Shown: positions 48,368-58,471 of the stretch, piece by piece
Position numbering within the stretch: position 1 is the stretch's first letter
Layout: the number at the start of each line of letters is the position of its first letter
Assembly (NCBI GenBank): GCA_963796685.1
Contig: CAWCMR010000013.1
Location: 384,001 to 448,000, forward strand
From: an uncultured delta proteobacterium
Lineage (GTDB): Bacteria; Myxococcota_A; Polyangia; Fen-1088
DNA: 64,000 nt
Reading direction: 5' to 3'
Program-made: the position numbers and the translations under genes
The notes under the pieces: model-generated
Database searches by the model: none
The model's input: the letters and a program-made list of their open reading frames with translations, nothing else
What the model was told of the DNA's origin: nothing

Positions 48368-48909
48368 TGCCCACGCGTCTGACCAGGAAGCTGCGTGTGG
48401 CCGCGCCTGCGCGAAGGAGCCATCTGCTTGCACTGTCGGCCTTGCTGTTTGTCTCTTCGGGTTGCGTGGTTCCCGTTGGCCCGGAGTGGTCCGACCCGCA
48501 AAGCAACTACCCGCCCACCATCCACTCCGCGAACCCGCCGATTGGATCGATGTTGGGCGGAACCGCGGATGCGGCAGTCGCCGCCATCGTCGAGGTCGTG
48601 CTTGCGGACCAGAACACCGCGGACACCCTCTACGTGCGCTGGATCATCGACTATCCGCCATTCGTCGAGAACGTCTCGCACGTTGCCTTTCCGCTCGAGC
48701 AACCGGGCGGAAAGGAAATCCTGCGGCCCTCCATTCGCTACGCGCCCAATTGCAGCGACGACGCCATCTCGCACGCCTCCCCGGACCATCGCCTGCTCCT
48801 GGCGGTGACGGATCGGCCCTTTGCCCCCGACGATCAGACGCGTCTCGATAACCCCAGCGGCGATTACCTGGTCGAGGGTTCCTGGGACTTCTTTCTGAAT
48901 TGTCCATAG
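48367..48909 (+). CDS. Hypothetical lipoprotein
   Basis: VSSGC lipobox; start overlaps the upstream stop. Confidence 0.75.
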   Translation: MPTRLTRKLRVAAPARRSHLLALSALLFVSSGCVVPVGPEWSDPQSNYPPTIHSANPPIGSMLGGTADAAVAAIVEVVLADQNTADTLYVRWIIDYPPFVENVSHVAFPLEQPGGKEILRPSIRYAPNCSDDAISHASPDHRLLLAVTDRPFAPDDQTRLDNPSGDYLVEGSWDFFLNCP

Positions 48910-49042
48910 TCCCGACGCGGCAATTGACTTTCAGGCTCCTTGCTCGTAGTCTTCGTATACCTGCCGGCGCTCCGGCAGAACGCGCTCCTCGCTGGGAGCC
49001 ATTTGCAGGTGGGTTCGTTAAGGGCTCGCCTCGTAGTCGCCC

Positions 49043-49612
49043 TTGTCATCGTCCAACATCCCACCCAATCAAGAGTTTCACCGCTATCGCAGGCTGGTTG
49101 CGTGGACATCCTCGACCCTCGTGGCCCTGGGCTGTCTCTACCTGCTCTTGTCGGTGACCGTGTCGTTGCAACGACGGCGCAACATCGTGCTCCAAGACCG
49201 AATTAGCGCCCAGCTTACGGCCAAGGAGATAAGTGGCTGCTTCGAAGAGCTGCGCGACGTGTCTGTGGGGCTGGAAAAACACCTCGAAAATGCCTACCAC
49301 CTCTTGGGTGGTTACGATTCCGAGGAGGCACGCAGGTGGAGTGGCGAGGGCGAGGTGTGGCGCAACCGCTGGAGAGTCTTCGGTGAGCGCTGCCGCTTGG
49401 TCGAGGCGCGCGCAGTGCCTCCCAACAAAGATATGGAAGCGATGGCCGAGGCCTACGAGGAGCTGGGCAGCATCCAAACCACGTACTCGCGTGCACTATT
49501 GCGCTTTGGTAGCGAGCTGGCACCACGCCTCGATCGTATCAACAAGCGCGTCGATGAAATAGGCGAGCGACTGGCAACCCCAGGCTCGCTAGCAGGAGCA
49601 GACCATGAGTGA
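49043..49612 (+). CDS. Hypothetical single-TM protein
   Basis: TM helix then helical domain; overlaps the helicase start. Confidence 0.65.
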   Translation: MSSSNIPPNQEFHRYRRLVAWTSSTLVALGCLYLLLSVTVSLQRRRNIVLQDRISAQLTAKEISGCFEELRDVSVGLEKHLENAYHLLGGYDSEEARRWSGEGEVWRNRWRVFGERCRLVEARAVPPNKDMEAMAEAYEELGSIQTTYSRALLRFGSELAPRLDRINKRVDEIGERLATPGSLAGADHE

Positions 49613-51629
49613 TCAGGCTATGAGCAATTCCACGTCGGGCGAGCCCGCCGCGCCCGCGGGCGAGGGCTCTCCCAAAACGACTTTTGCCGACCTCGGCCTT
49701 GGTGAAGCGGTCCTCAAGGCCGTCACGGACATGGGCTTCGTCGAGCCCATGGAGGTCCAGCGCGCCACCATCCCGCTCGCCCGCGAGGGCCGCGACATCC
49801 TAGTGCAGTCGCGGACCGGATCGGGCAAGACCGCAGCCTTCGCCATTCCCTTCGCCGACTGGATCGCCGACCCCAAGGAAGGATTTCCACAAGCCTTGGT
49901 GCTGCTCCCCACCCGCGAGCTGGCCTTGCAGGTCGCGGCCGAGACGGCGCGCATCTGCGCCCACACGGGGCTTGCCGTGCTTCCCGTCTACGGTGGCTCG
50001 CCCATGGGCCGTCAGATCGAACAGCTGCGCGCGGGCGCCCAAGTCATTTGCGGCACGCCCGGCCGCATCTTGGACCACATCCGCCGCGGCACCCTGCAGC
50101 TCGACCGCATCAAGTGTGCAGTGCTCGACGAGTGCGACGAGATGTTGTCCATGGGCTTTCAGGAAGACATCGAGAACATCCTCAGCGAAACCCCGGCCAC
50201 GCGGCAGACGCTGCTCTTTTCGGCCACCATTCCCGAAGGCATCCAGCGGCTTTCCCGGCGCTTCATGCACAATCCCGAGACGCTGAAGCTTTCGGCCGAC
50301 TTCGTGGGCGTGCACGAGATCCGCCATACCTACTACTCGATTCCAGGTGGCCAGCGCGAGGCCGAGCTCTTGCGCGTGCTCGCTTTCGAGGAACCCGAGC
50401 GCGCGGTCATCTTCTGCAATACCCGCGATGAAACCGGCCGGGTCGCCGAGTTCTTGCGCAAGCAGGGCATGGTCGCAGAACCCATCTCGTCGGATCTTTC
50501 GCAATCCGAGCGTGAACAGGTCATGCAGCGCATGCGTGCGGGCAGTATTCGCTTCTTGGTCGCCACCGATGTCGCTGCCCGCGGCATCGACATCGAAAAC
50601 CTGCCTTGTGTCATCAACTACACCTTCCCCGAGTCCCCCGAGATCTACATTCACCGCACCGGGCGAACCGGCCGCGCCGGCCGCAACGGACACGCCATTT
50701 CGCTCATCGGCCCGACCGAGGTTGGCTCCTTCTACTATTTGAAGCTGCTCTACAAGATCAAGCCCGAGGAACGCACCCTACCCTCGGAGGCCGAGGTTCG
50801 CTCGCACCGCGAGGGCGAGAGGCTCGTGCATCTGCGAGCGCAGCTGGCCGGCGATCCCGGCCCCGAGTGGCATTCCCTGGCCCGGCGACTCATGATCGCC
50901 ATCGATGCCGAACGACTCATCGGTTCACTCCTGCGCGGCGCTCTGGCGGGCGTCAAGGCGGAGGCGGCAAGGCCGGTACCGGCAACGCAAGCCGGGCCCC
51001 TGACGAGTGTGCCGTTGCCTGTCCCCTCTTTGCGCGAGGCTGCCGCTCCTTCCCGCGATACGGATCGCCACGAACGCGGCATGCACGGCGAGCGCCGACC
51101 GCGAAGCTACGGTGAACGCGATCGGCCCGGGCGCGAACGTGGCCGCCGCGAGCGCGATGGGCGAGGAGACGGACGAAGCAACGACCGTCCAGCCCAGTCA
51201 GAGCAGGCCGCTGCGGGAAGGCCTCCCAAGGCCGATGACGGTCGCGAGTTCTGGGAGGTCTGGAGCGAGGAGGTCGGGCGCACACCGAACGGCGCCGGAA
51301 CCGAGAGCCAGACCGCCGTCACCGTCGGTGCGCCGGCTGCGGGAGCCGACGCGCCCGTGGTCGCTCATGTGGCCGCCGTGGCCACGGGGCAGGTTCGACT
51401 ATACGTGAACCTCGGTCGCAAGGACGGCGCCACCGCCGAGATGGTCGCCGACATGCTTTCCTCGAGTGGCACGGTCGTGCCGGCCGCGGACGTGGAGCTG
51501 ATGAACACGCACTGCTACGTCAACGTCGCCAAGGAAGCCGCCGAGGCCTTGTGTGCGGGCATGAACGGCCGAAGCCATAATGGCCGCTCCATTCTTTGCG
51601 AGCCCGCCCGTCCTCCCAGGCGCCGCTGA
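49605..51629 (+). CDS. DEAD-box RNA helicase with DbpA-type RNA-binding domain
   Basis: TGSGKT; PTRELA; DECD; SAT; ARGID; HRTGRTGRAG; RLYVNLGRKDG. Confidence 0.94.
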   Translation: MSDQAMSNSTSGEPAAPAGEGSPKTTFADLGLGEAVLKAVTDMGFVEPMEVQRATIPLAREGRDILVQSRTGSGKTAAFAIPFADWIADPKEGFPQALVLLPTRELALQVAAETARICAHTGLAVLPVYGGSPMGRQIEQLRAGAQVICGTPGRILDHIRRGTLQLDRIKCAVLDECDEMLSMGFQEDIENILSETPATRQTLLFSATIPEGIQRLSRRFMHNPETLKLSADFVGVHEIRHTYYSIPGGQREAELLRVLAFEEPERAVIFCNTRDETGRVAEFLRKQGMVAEPISSDLSQSEREQVMQRMRAGSIRFLVATDVAARGIDIENLPCVINYTFPESPEIYIHRTGRTGRAGRNGHAISLIGPTEVGSFYYLKLLYKIKPEERTLPSEAEVRSHREGERLVHLRAQLAGDPGPEWHSLARRLMIAIDAERLIGSLLRGALAGVKAEAARPVPATQAGPLTSVPLPVPSLREAAAPSRDTDRHERGMHGERRPRSYGERDRPGRERGRRERDGRGDGRSNDRPAQSEQAAAGRPPKADDGREFWEVWSEEVGRTPNGAGTESQTAVTVGAPAAGADAPVVAHVAAVATGQVRLYVNLGRKDGATAEMVADMLSSSGTVVPAADVELMNTHCYVNVAKEAAEALCAGMNGRSHNGRSILCEPARPPRRR

Positions 51630-51637
51630 TGATTTTA

Positions 51638-51900
51638 ATGGGAACCCTGGGAGGGTTCCCAAACCCTCCCGCGTTCTGGCTCCGCCGGGCAAAGCCCGGC
51701 TACGCCTACGCGATCATGGGAACCCTGGGAGGGGGCCTGAGGCCGCGCAGCGGCCATATCTCCTCGCCCCGCGGTCACGCGGGGAGAGGACGCCGCGCGA
51801 AGCGCGGCAGGTGAGGGGCCGACGCGTTCGCTCTTTCGCCCGCGCCTCTCCCGCCGGCGCGGACGTCGGCGGCCTCTCTCCGACGGGGAGAGGCCTGGGA
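51638..51900. repeat. Intergenic REP-like hairpin cluster between convergent genes
   Basis: ATGGGAACCCTGGGAGGG at 51638 and 51716; hairpins GGGAACCC/GGGTTCCC and CCTCTCTCC-GACG-GGGAGAGG. Confidence 0.55.
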
Positions 51901-52039
51901 TCTTGACCCGCGCGAATACCTTGAAAGGGCAGCCCTGAGACGGTTCTCACCTTTGGCAGGGTATGCTTCGCCCTCGGCACCTGCCAGCCCGTCCTGCCAC
52001 TCCCGCGCTACGCGCGGCCTCGCTCGGGAGGCTCGCCGA

Positions 52040-53530
52040 TCACAGCTTGGGGAACGGTTTGAGCTCCTCGGGGGCGGCCGGCATTTGCGGTTTCGAGACG
52101 GGCGTTGGCGTTGGCGTCGAGGGTGGGCCGACTCCAGGCTTGATATGACCGGCCGATGCGGGCCTCGCCTTGTGGCCATGCGCCCCGCGCTTGGCAGGCT
52201 GCTCTTCTGCTGTTGGTTCTTCCGCGGCGGCGGCTGGCGCAACAATCGGCTCCTGGGGCGGCGCCACCGGCTGCGCGGTCGGACCTGGCGGCTGGGTTGG
52301 CGCGCGGACTGGAGCCGGCGGGAGAGGCATCGGTGCACTCGCGGCCGTCAGGGCCGGCGTCGTGCCCAGCTGTGCTTTGCCGTGCGAAAGCACAAGCCAG
52401 GCAGCCACCGCGCCGCCCAGGGCGATGCCGACGACGATCAAAAGAAGGGTCTTGCCGCGCGAGGCCGGCGCGGGAGCCGCCACCATCTCCGCACTGGAGG
52501 GCGCCGAATCGACGGACTTGTGAGAAACCCGAGAGGTCTCTGTCGCGGTTCTCTTGGCGCGCAAAATCTTCAGTGCCGCGGCTGCGTGGGCACCGCCCAT
52601 TTCCACGGTTTGACCGCCGGGTGGCTTGGCAACGGCGGTCTCCGGACCCGGGCAGACCCCGACCGCCTCGAGCAACTCCGCCATGGATTGCCACCGTCGG
52701 TCGCGATCCTTCTCCAGCGACTTGAGTATCAGGGCATCCATCTCCGGCGTGATGACCAGGTCCGGCCGGCGCGCGCTGGGCGGAACGGGCTCTTCCATGA
52801 GGTGCTTGGTCAGCATGGTCATGAACGACTCGGCCACGAACGGCGTCTGCCCCGTGATCAGGTGATACATGATGCAGCCGACAGCGTAGATGTCGGCGCG
52901 ATGGTCGGTGTCCTTGCCTTCGGCCTGCTCCGGCGCCATGTACTCGGGCGTGCCGAAGATCATGCCTGTTCTGGTCAGGCGCGGGCCGTTCGGATCCAGC
53001 CCCATGACCTTGGCGATGCCGAAATCGAGGATCTTCACGAAGTGGGGTTGGCCCTCACGCTGAATCAGAAAGATGTTCTCCGGCTTCATGTCGCGGTGAA
53101 CGATCCCCTTGTCGTGCGCGGCCCGCAGCGCTCGGCAGATCTGCAGCACGATGCCGCGCGCGTCCCACCATTCCATGGCGCCCTTGGAACGCACGATCTC
53201 GCCCAGGTCCTTGCCGTCCAGAAACTCCATCGCGATGTAGACCAGACCGTCGGGCGACTGCCCGAAGTCCATGATGTCGATCACGTTTTCGTGGCCGATG
53301 CGCGAGGCGCTTCGGGCTTCTTGCAAAAAGCGCGCGACCAAGTCCGACCTGCGCGCGAGCTCGGGCGCCAGGACCTTGAGAGCGAATTTCTTCTCGATGA
53401 CGACGTGCTCGGCCAGGTATACCGAACCCATTCCACCCTCACCCAGCTTGCGGATGACGCGATAGCGATCTGCGACAAGCTGCGAGATAAGGGGATCGGC
53501 GATTTCAGGCGGGCTGTCACCAACGCTCAT
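52040..53530 (-). CDS. Membrane Ser/Thr protein kinase
   Basis: [10 protein letters not shown]; HRDMKPEN; DFGIAK; [10 protein letters not shown]; TM helix. Confidence 0.94.
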   Translation of the reverse strand: MSVGDSPPEIADPLISQLVADRYRVIRKLGEGGMGSVYLAEHVVIEKKFALKVLAPELARRSDLVARFLQEARSASRIGHENVIDIMDFGQSPDGLVYIAMEFLDGKDLGEIVRSKGAMEWWDARGIVLQICRALRAAHDKGIVHRDMKPENIFLIQREGQPHFVKILDFGIAKVMGLDPNGPRLTRTGMIFGTPEYMAPEQAEGKDTDHRADIYAVGCIMYHLITGQTPFVAESFMTMLTKHLMEEPVPPSARRPDLVITPEMDALILKSLEKDRDRRWQSMAELLEAVGVCPGPETAVAKPPGGQTVEMGGAHAAAALKILRAKRTATETSRVSHKSVDSAPSSAEMVAAPAPASRGKTLLLIVVGIALGGAVAAWLVLSHGKAQLGTTPALTAASAPMPLPPAPVRAPTQPPGPTAQPVAPPQEPIVAPAAAAEEPTAEEQPAKRGAHGHKARPASAGHIKPGVGPPSTPTPTPVSKPQMPAAPEELKPFPKL

Positions 53531-53577
53531 TCTTCTGCACTTTACCACGGACGCCGGTACAATCACTTTCGTCTCGT

Positions 53578-54579
53578 ATGGCCAGCATCGTTGCCTACAT
53601 TGAGCTACGCGAAGGCGCCATCACCAGCCCCTCGCGCCACGTCGTGGCCGAGGCACGTCGAGTTGCGGACTCCGCCGGCGCGACGGTCTTCGCCCTTTTG
53701 ACGGTGGGCCCGCTCGCGCAGGTGGAAATGGACCGCTTGGCGTCCGAAATCAGCGCGGCGGGTGCGGATCGCATCCTCTGTTCTTCGTCCGACAGCCTGG
53801 GCACGCCCGCGCTCGACGTGACCCATGGGGCTGTCTTGGCCCAGGTCGCCGAGCACCTGCGACCGGTGCTTTTCCTGTTTCCGGCGGGTGGAACGGGCCT
53901 GCAACTCGGACCACCTCTTGCGGTACGGATTGGCGCGGCCTACCTGGCCAACGCCAGCATCACCGTCCGCGGCGAAGGTAGAGAGCCGGCCCCCGCCTCG
54001 AAAAGGGTGATCTTGTCGCGGTGGCGGGCATCAAGGAATGGCCTGCGCAGGATCGATGTTGGCGATCTCGAGCGGCCCGTGGTCGCCAGCCTTGCTTCAG
54101 GGCCTTTCCCACCGCCCATGGGGGAGCCCTATGCCGAGGTCGAGATGTTTCCCTGCCCGGACGCGAACCTCCCCGAGGCGCACGTGATCGATTCTGAGCT
54201 GGAAACAGGCGCCGAGATCGAGGTGTGCGCAGCCCTCGTTTGCGCGGGAGCAGCCGACGAATCTGCCAAGGCGGCGCTGCGCGCCGAGTTGCCTACGGGT
54301 GTGTGCCTTCTTGCCGTGGACGACGCCGAATCGTCGATCCTTTCGCCCATCCTTTCCGTGGCTGCTCCCCAGGATTGCTTGGTTCTCCCGAGCGCCCATT
54401 CCAAGCTCGGCGCCCCTCTACCCGAGACTGCGCCGAACGCGGCGGTCATGTGGGTTGAACGTTCCGCATCCGGCCCCAAGTCGCAAGATGCCCGTGTCGC
54501 GTCCGAGACCTCCGACGCGGACTTGGAGGAGCTCGCTGCCGCACTTTGCCGCGTCCGAGCCCAGGGGGTAGCCTCTTGA
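53578..54579 (+). CDS. Divergent electron transfer flavoprotein alpha-like protein
   Basis: N-terminal ETF domain (IVAYIE..GAI; GADRI; LGPPLAVRIGA); C-terminal FAD motifs not recognisable. Confidence 0.7.
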   Translation: MASIVAYIELREGAITSPSRHVVAEARRVADSAGATVFALLTVGPLAQVEMDRLASEISAAGADRILCSSSDSLGTPALDVTHGAVLAQVAEHLRPVLFLFPAGGTGLQLGPPLAVRIGAAYLANASITVRGEGREPAPASKRVILSRWRASRNGLRRIDVGDLERPVVASLASGPFPPPMGEPYAEVEMFPCPDANLPEAHVIDSELETGAEIEVCAALVCAGAADESAKAALRAELPTGVCLLAVDDAESSILSPILSVAAPQDCLVLPSAHSKLGAPLPETAPNAAVMWVERSASGPKSQDARVASETSDADLEELAAALCRVRAQGVAS

Positions 54580-55253
54580 TTGTGCTTGTCTGTTTGGAAT
54601 CGCCGTCGCCCAGCTTGGCCAGCCGCGCGGCCCTGGACCTCGCGTGTGGCCTGGGGAATCGGGCCAATGTGGTCGTTCTGTCCGTCGGTGCCGAATCCGA
54701 CAGTCCGTCGTTCGAGTTGGCGCGTCGAAACCGAGCTGTCCGTCGCATCGTCCACCTGCAGAGCTCGCCGTTCAAAGAGGCGGGGTTCTTCACGCTGGGC
54801 ATGATTCTGGCCGAGGCGGCACGGCACTTGGAGGCGCGCGTGATTCTGGCGGGCGGGCATTCCGACGAGGAGGGACAAGGCATGGTCCCGGCCGCTCTGG
54901 CGCATCACCTGAAGGCGCCACTGTTCGCACGGGTTCATGCCGTGCAGTTGCCGGCCGGCGACGACGAAGTGCTGCACGTGGGCCTCCGTTCCGGCGGGCG
55001 ACGTTGCCGGGTCGTAAGTCCGCTGCCCGTCGTCCTGACCACCCAGCCTTCGCCGGCAAGCGAGACGTCCCGCGCGGCCCCCAACGCCAGTGCTCCGCTG
55101 TCCGTCGAGACGCTTTCATTGGCTCAACTTGGTATCGAGGCGAGTCGCATGGTGCCTCGTCCCGCTCTGCTGGGTGCTCTGGTGCCGGGGCCGACCACCG
55201 TCCAGCACAAGTCCTTCGACGAGGCGGCCTGTATTCTCTTGCGGGGGTCCTAG
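54576..55253 (+). CDS. Divergent electron transfer flavoprotein beta-like protein
   Basis: AALDLA..VVVLSVG; ILAGGHSDEEGQGMVPAALA; LPVVLT; TTGA overlap. Confidence 0.7.
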   Translation: MIVLVCLESPSPSLASRAALDLACGLGNRANVVVLSVGAESDSPSFELARRNRAVRRIVHLQSSPFKEAGFFTLGMILAEAARHLEARVILAGGHSDEEGQGMVPAALAHHLKAPLFARVHAVQLPAGDDEVLHVGLRSGGRRCRVVSPLPVVLTTQPSPASETSRAAPNASAPLSVETLSLAQLGIEASRMVPRPALLGALVPGPTTVQHKSFDEAACILLRGS

Positions 55254-55293
55254 CCCAGACTGGGCGCCTCGCCGACGACTGCCGGAGCCTCCC

Positions 55294-57096
55294 GTGGCAC
55301 CTGATCCAAGCACCCTGCAGCCTTCGCCGCCCGCGCTGTCGCTGCACGGCCTGCGCGCCCGCATGGCGCGGCCCTCGACGCTATCGGCGGTGGGGCTATC
55401 CGGCGTTCTGTCGCTCTATGCGCTGCTCAAGCTCTATTCGCTGAACTTCGTCAGCGGCGACGAGCACATGTACTTCTACATGAGCCTACTCGTGTCGAGA
55501 GGCGAGTGGCCCTACCGCGACTTCTTCTTCTCGCACCCGCCCTTGCAGCTCTACATCATGGGTGCCCTTTACAAGGTATTCGGCTACTCGCTGGCCCTGT
55601 CGAAGGCGGTGCCCAGCCTCGCCGCCATGGTGTCGGGCGTGCACGTGTACCTCATCGGCAGGCGACTCGTCGGCCGAGTGGAGGGTGTGCTGGCAGCGGC
55701 CTTGTTCTTGTTCACCTTCGATGTCTTGCGCGGGTCGTCCCATTTCACCGGTGCCAATTGCGCATTGGCCTTCGGTCTGATGGCCGCGTACCAGGCCCTG
55801 GTCGGTCGAAACCTCCTGGCCGGTGCCCTGTTCGCCATCGGGACCTTTATCGGCGTGTACGTGGCGCCTCTCGCGCTCATGTTGCTCGCGCTGCTCGCCC
55901 TGCGCTCGTGGAAGGAATCGCTGCGCCTCTTGGCCAGCTATGCTGCCGTGTGCGCCCTCATCTGTAGCCTCTTCGTCTCGGTGGCGGGCGTGCACGCGTT
56001 TTGGTACCAGATCTTCGGCTACAACCTGCACAAGGTTGCCTTTCACTACTCATGGTTCGCGAAACTCAGGAACGTCGCCTATCTCAATTCGCTGGCCATG
56101 ATTGGTTTCGTGCCCGGCATCGTGTGGGCCGTCTCGATGTGGAGCCTGCGCGGGAGACCGTCCGCCGAGCGGGTTCTGCCGGGGAGACTTGGCCGGCTTG
56201 CCGCGCGGATCAACCTTTGGAATGGTGATCGCGTTGCGGCGCAGATGATCCTGGGCACCCTCATCTGCGGGTACTTCTATTTCTACTCGACCCGCGTCGA
56301 CTACTACTCCTACTACTTCATGCTCATCATGCCCTGGATGGGGCTCATGACCGCGACCGTGGCAGTCGACATCGTCCGCTACCTTTCCCGGCGCAAGGTC
56401 TCCGCGCCTGCCGGACCTCCCCTGCCTCGCGCTGAACGGCGACGGCGCGAGCAGCGCTCGCGAAGACATGGAACGGTGGCCGCGAACGGACCGACGTGGA
56501 GGCTCTGGCCCCTGGTCCTTTGTGCCGCCGCGCTCGCGGCCGTGCTGCTCTATCGCCAGGGCATCGGCGGCGACAGGCAGGTCGAGATGGGTGACGAGTC
56601 CTCTCGCTACACCTGGTACGACAGCCCCTACCTCCCGCGCGCCGTCAATGCCCTCGTGCGTGACGTCTTCTGGTCGCCGACCAGCGACCCGATCCATCCG
56701 CCGAACGCCATCACCTACTATCTGCAGCACGAATCGATGCACGCACCGACCATCGACACCTTCGTGGCCGAGGTTCGCGGCGCGTGCCGTCCCGGCGAAC
56801 GCATCTTCGGCGAATACTCGCTCGGCCCCTTTGCCGGGGCACTCGGTCCCTGCGTCCTCGCCGCCAATCTGGCCGACACCAACCCGCATCGGTTCAAAGT
56901 CCACGAGAGCACGCCCGAGGATTGGGTGCGCGCCCTCGAACAGGATCACCTGGACATCGCGATCGTCGTGCCCGGCATGACCATGCTGAGGGAGCGCGTC
57001 TTGCGCGAGTATCTGATCGGAACATTTCCGCGCATCATCGCGACCTGGGATGACCCCTACGCGGGCCACGTCGAGCTCCGCCGCCGCGCGAACTGA
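55294..57096 (+). CDS. GT-C (ArnT/PMT-like) membrane glycosyltransferase
   Basis: SGDEHMYFY; GEWPYRDFFFSHPP; many TM helices; start uncertain. Confidence 0.8.
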   Translation: MAPDPSTLQPSPPALSLHGLRARMARPSTLSAVGLSGVLSLYALLKLYSLNFVSGDEHMYFYMSLLVSRGEWPYRDFFFSHPPLQLYIMGALYKVFGYSLALSKAVPSLAAMVSGVHVYLIGRRLVGRVEGVLAAALFLFTFDVLRGSSHFTGANCALAFGLMAAYQALVGRNLLAGALFAIGTFIGVYVAPLALMLLALLALRSWKESLRLLASYAAVCALICSLFVSVAGVHAFWYQIFGYNLHKVAFHYSWFAKLRNVAYLNSLAMIGFVPGIVWAVSMWSLRGRPSAERVLPGRLGRLAARINLWNGDRVAAQMILGTLICGYFYFYSTRVDYYSYYFMLIMPWMGLMTATVAVDIVRYLSRRKVSAPAGPPLPRAERRRREQRSRRHGTVAANGPTWRLWPLVLCAAALAAVLLYRQGIGGDRQVEMGDESSRYTWYDSPYLPRAVNALVRDVFWSPTSDPIHPPNAITYYLQHESMHAPTIDTFVAEVRGACRPGERIFGEYSLGPFAGALGPCVLAANLADTNPHRFKVHESTPEDWVRALEQDHLDIAIVVPGMTMLRERVLREYLIGTFPRIIATWDDPYAGHVELRRRAN

Positions 57097-57103
57097 AGAA
57101 CCT

Positions 57104-58463
57104 TCAACCCATGCCGCGCACGAGGGCTTCGAGGGTCTCTCGCGTGTTGCAGCTCGGGGTCGTCGAGGACCTTTTCCAGAAGTTGCTCCAACACTTCGCC
57201 CACGTGGCGGCTGGGTGGAATACCCAGGACGCGCATGACGTCCTTGCCGTCAATGGCCAGATCGGTCACGCGCAGAGCCGCGTCCTCGGCCGCCACCCTG
57301 GCGATTCTTTCGCGCAAGGCGCGCGTCTCGCACTGCGGATCTTCGCCTCGCCCTCGGCTGACCACGTCGGCTTCGCGCAGCGAGAACAGGGGCGGAACCA
57401 GCTCCGGCCCTATCCGCTTGACGAAGCGACGAACCGTTCCGTCGCTCCAGTCGGGCGTGTAGAAGAACATATGACCACCCACCAGGGCACAAATCGTCGT
57501 GCGCTCGGCCGCCGAGAGCTTGAGCCGGGTGCAGATCGCCTCCGCGAGGTCGACCCCCGCGTGCTCGTGGCGAAAGAAGGAATATTCGCCGGGCGCGTCC
57601 TCGCGCGGGGCCTGGGTCTGGGGTTTGCCGAGGTCGTGTAGCAGGGCGGCCATGCGCACGACGAAATCCGGCCCTGCCGCGTCCACGGTGGCCAGGGTGT
57701 GCTGATAGACGTCGTGCTTGTGGAAACGGTTCTGAGCGCAGCCGATGGTGGGCAACATCTCGGGTAGGACCTCGGCGAGTAGCCCGGTTGCGCGCATGAG
57801 CTCGATTCCCTGGGAGGGAGTGGGCGCCAGGAGCAACTTGCGCAGCTCGTCGCGAATACGCTCGGCCGAGACCTTGCGAAACGAGTCGAGGGTCAGCGGG
57901 ATCGCGACCTGGGTGCTCGAATCCATGGCAAAGCCGAGTTGGGCGGCCTGGCGAACGGCGCGCATGGGGCGCAGGCCATCCTCGGTGAAGCGCAGGATCG
58001 GGTCGCCCACGGCGCGTACGATCTTACGCACGATGTCGCCTTGACCGTCGAAGGGATCGATGAGCGCGCCCGACGCAGGATCGAAGGCGATGGCGTTCAT
58101 GGTGAAATCCCGGCGCGCCAGATCCTCGTCGAGAGTGGCCCCGAAGGTCACGCTCGACGGTCGTCGCCCGTCGAGGTAGGAGCCTTCGCCACGAAAGGTC
58201 GTCACCTCGACGTGCCGGTGCGCCTTGCCCGCCAGGACGGTCACGGTGCCGTGCTGGAGGCCCGTGGGAATCGCGTAGCGGGCCCCGAAAATGTCCATGG
58301 TCGCCTCGGGCAGGGCGCTGGTGGCCACGTCGAAGTCCCCGGGGTCGCGCCCGATGAGCAAATCGCGCACGCTGCCGCCGACGACGAATGCGGCGTGTCC
58401 CGCTTCCCGAAGCCGCCGGCATATGCCGAGGACGTCAGGCGGAATGCCCCCGGCGTCGAGCAT
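57104..58463 (-). CDS. CCA-adding enzyme / tRNA nucleotidyltransferase with HD domain, one extra base near 57149
   Basis: VGGSVRDLL; DFDVAT; EDLARRDFTMNA; EDGLR; LLHDLGK; deleting one base gives DDPELNTRETLEALVRGMG-stop. Confidence 0.92.
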
Positions 58464-58471
58464 GGGCTTGG

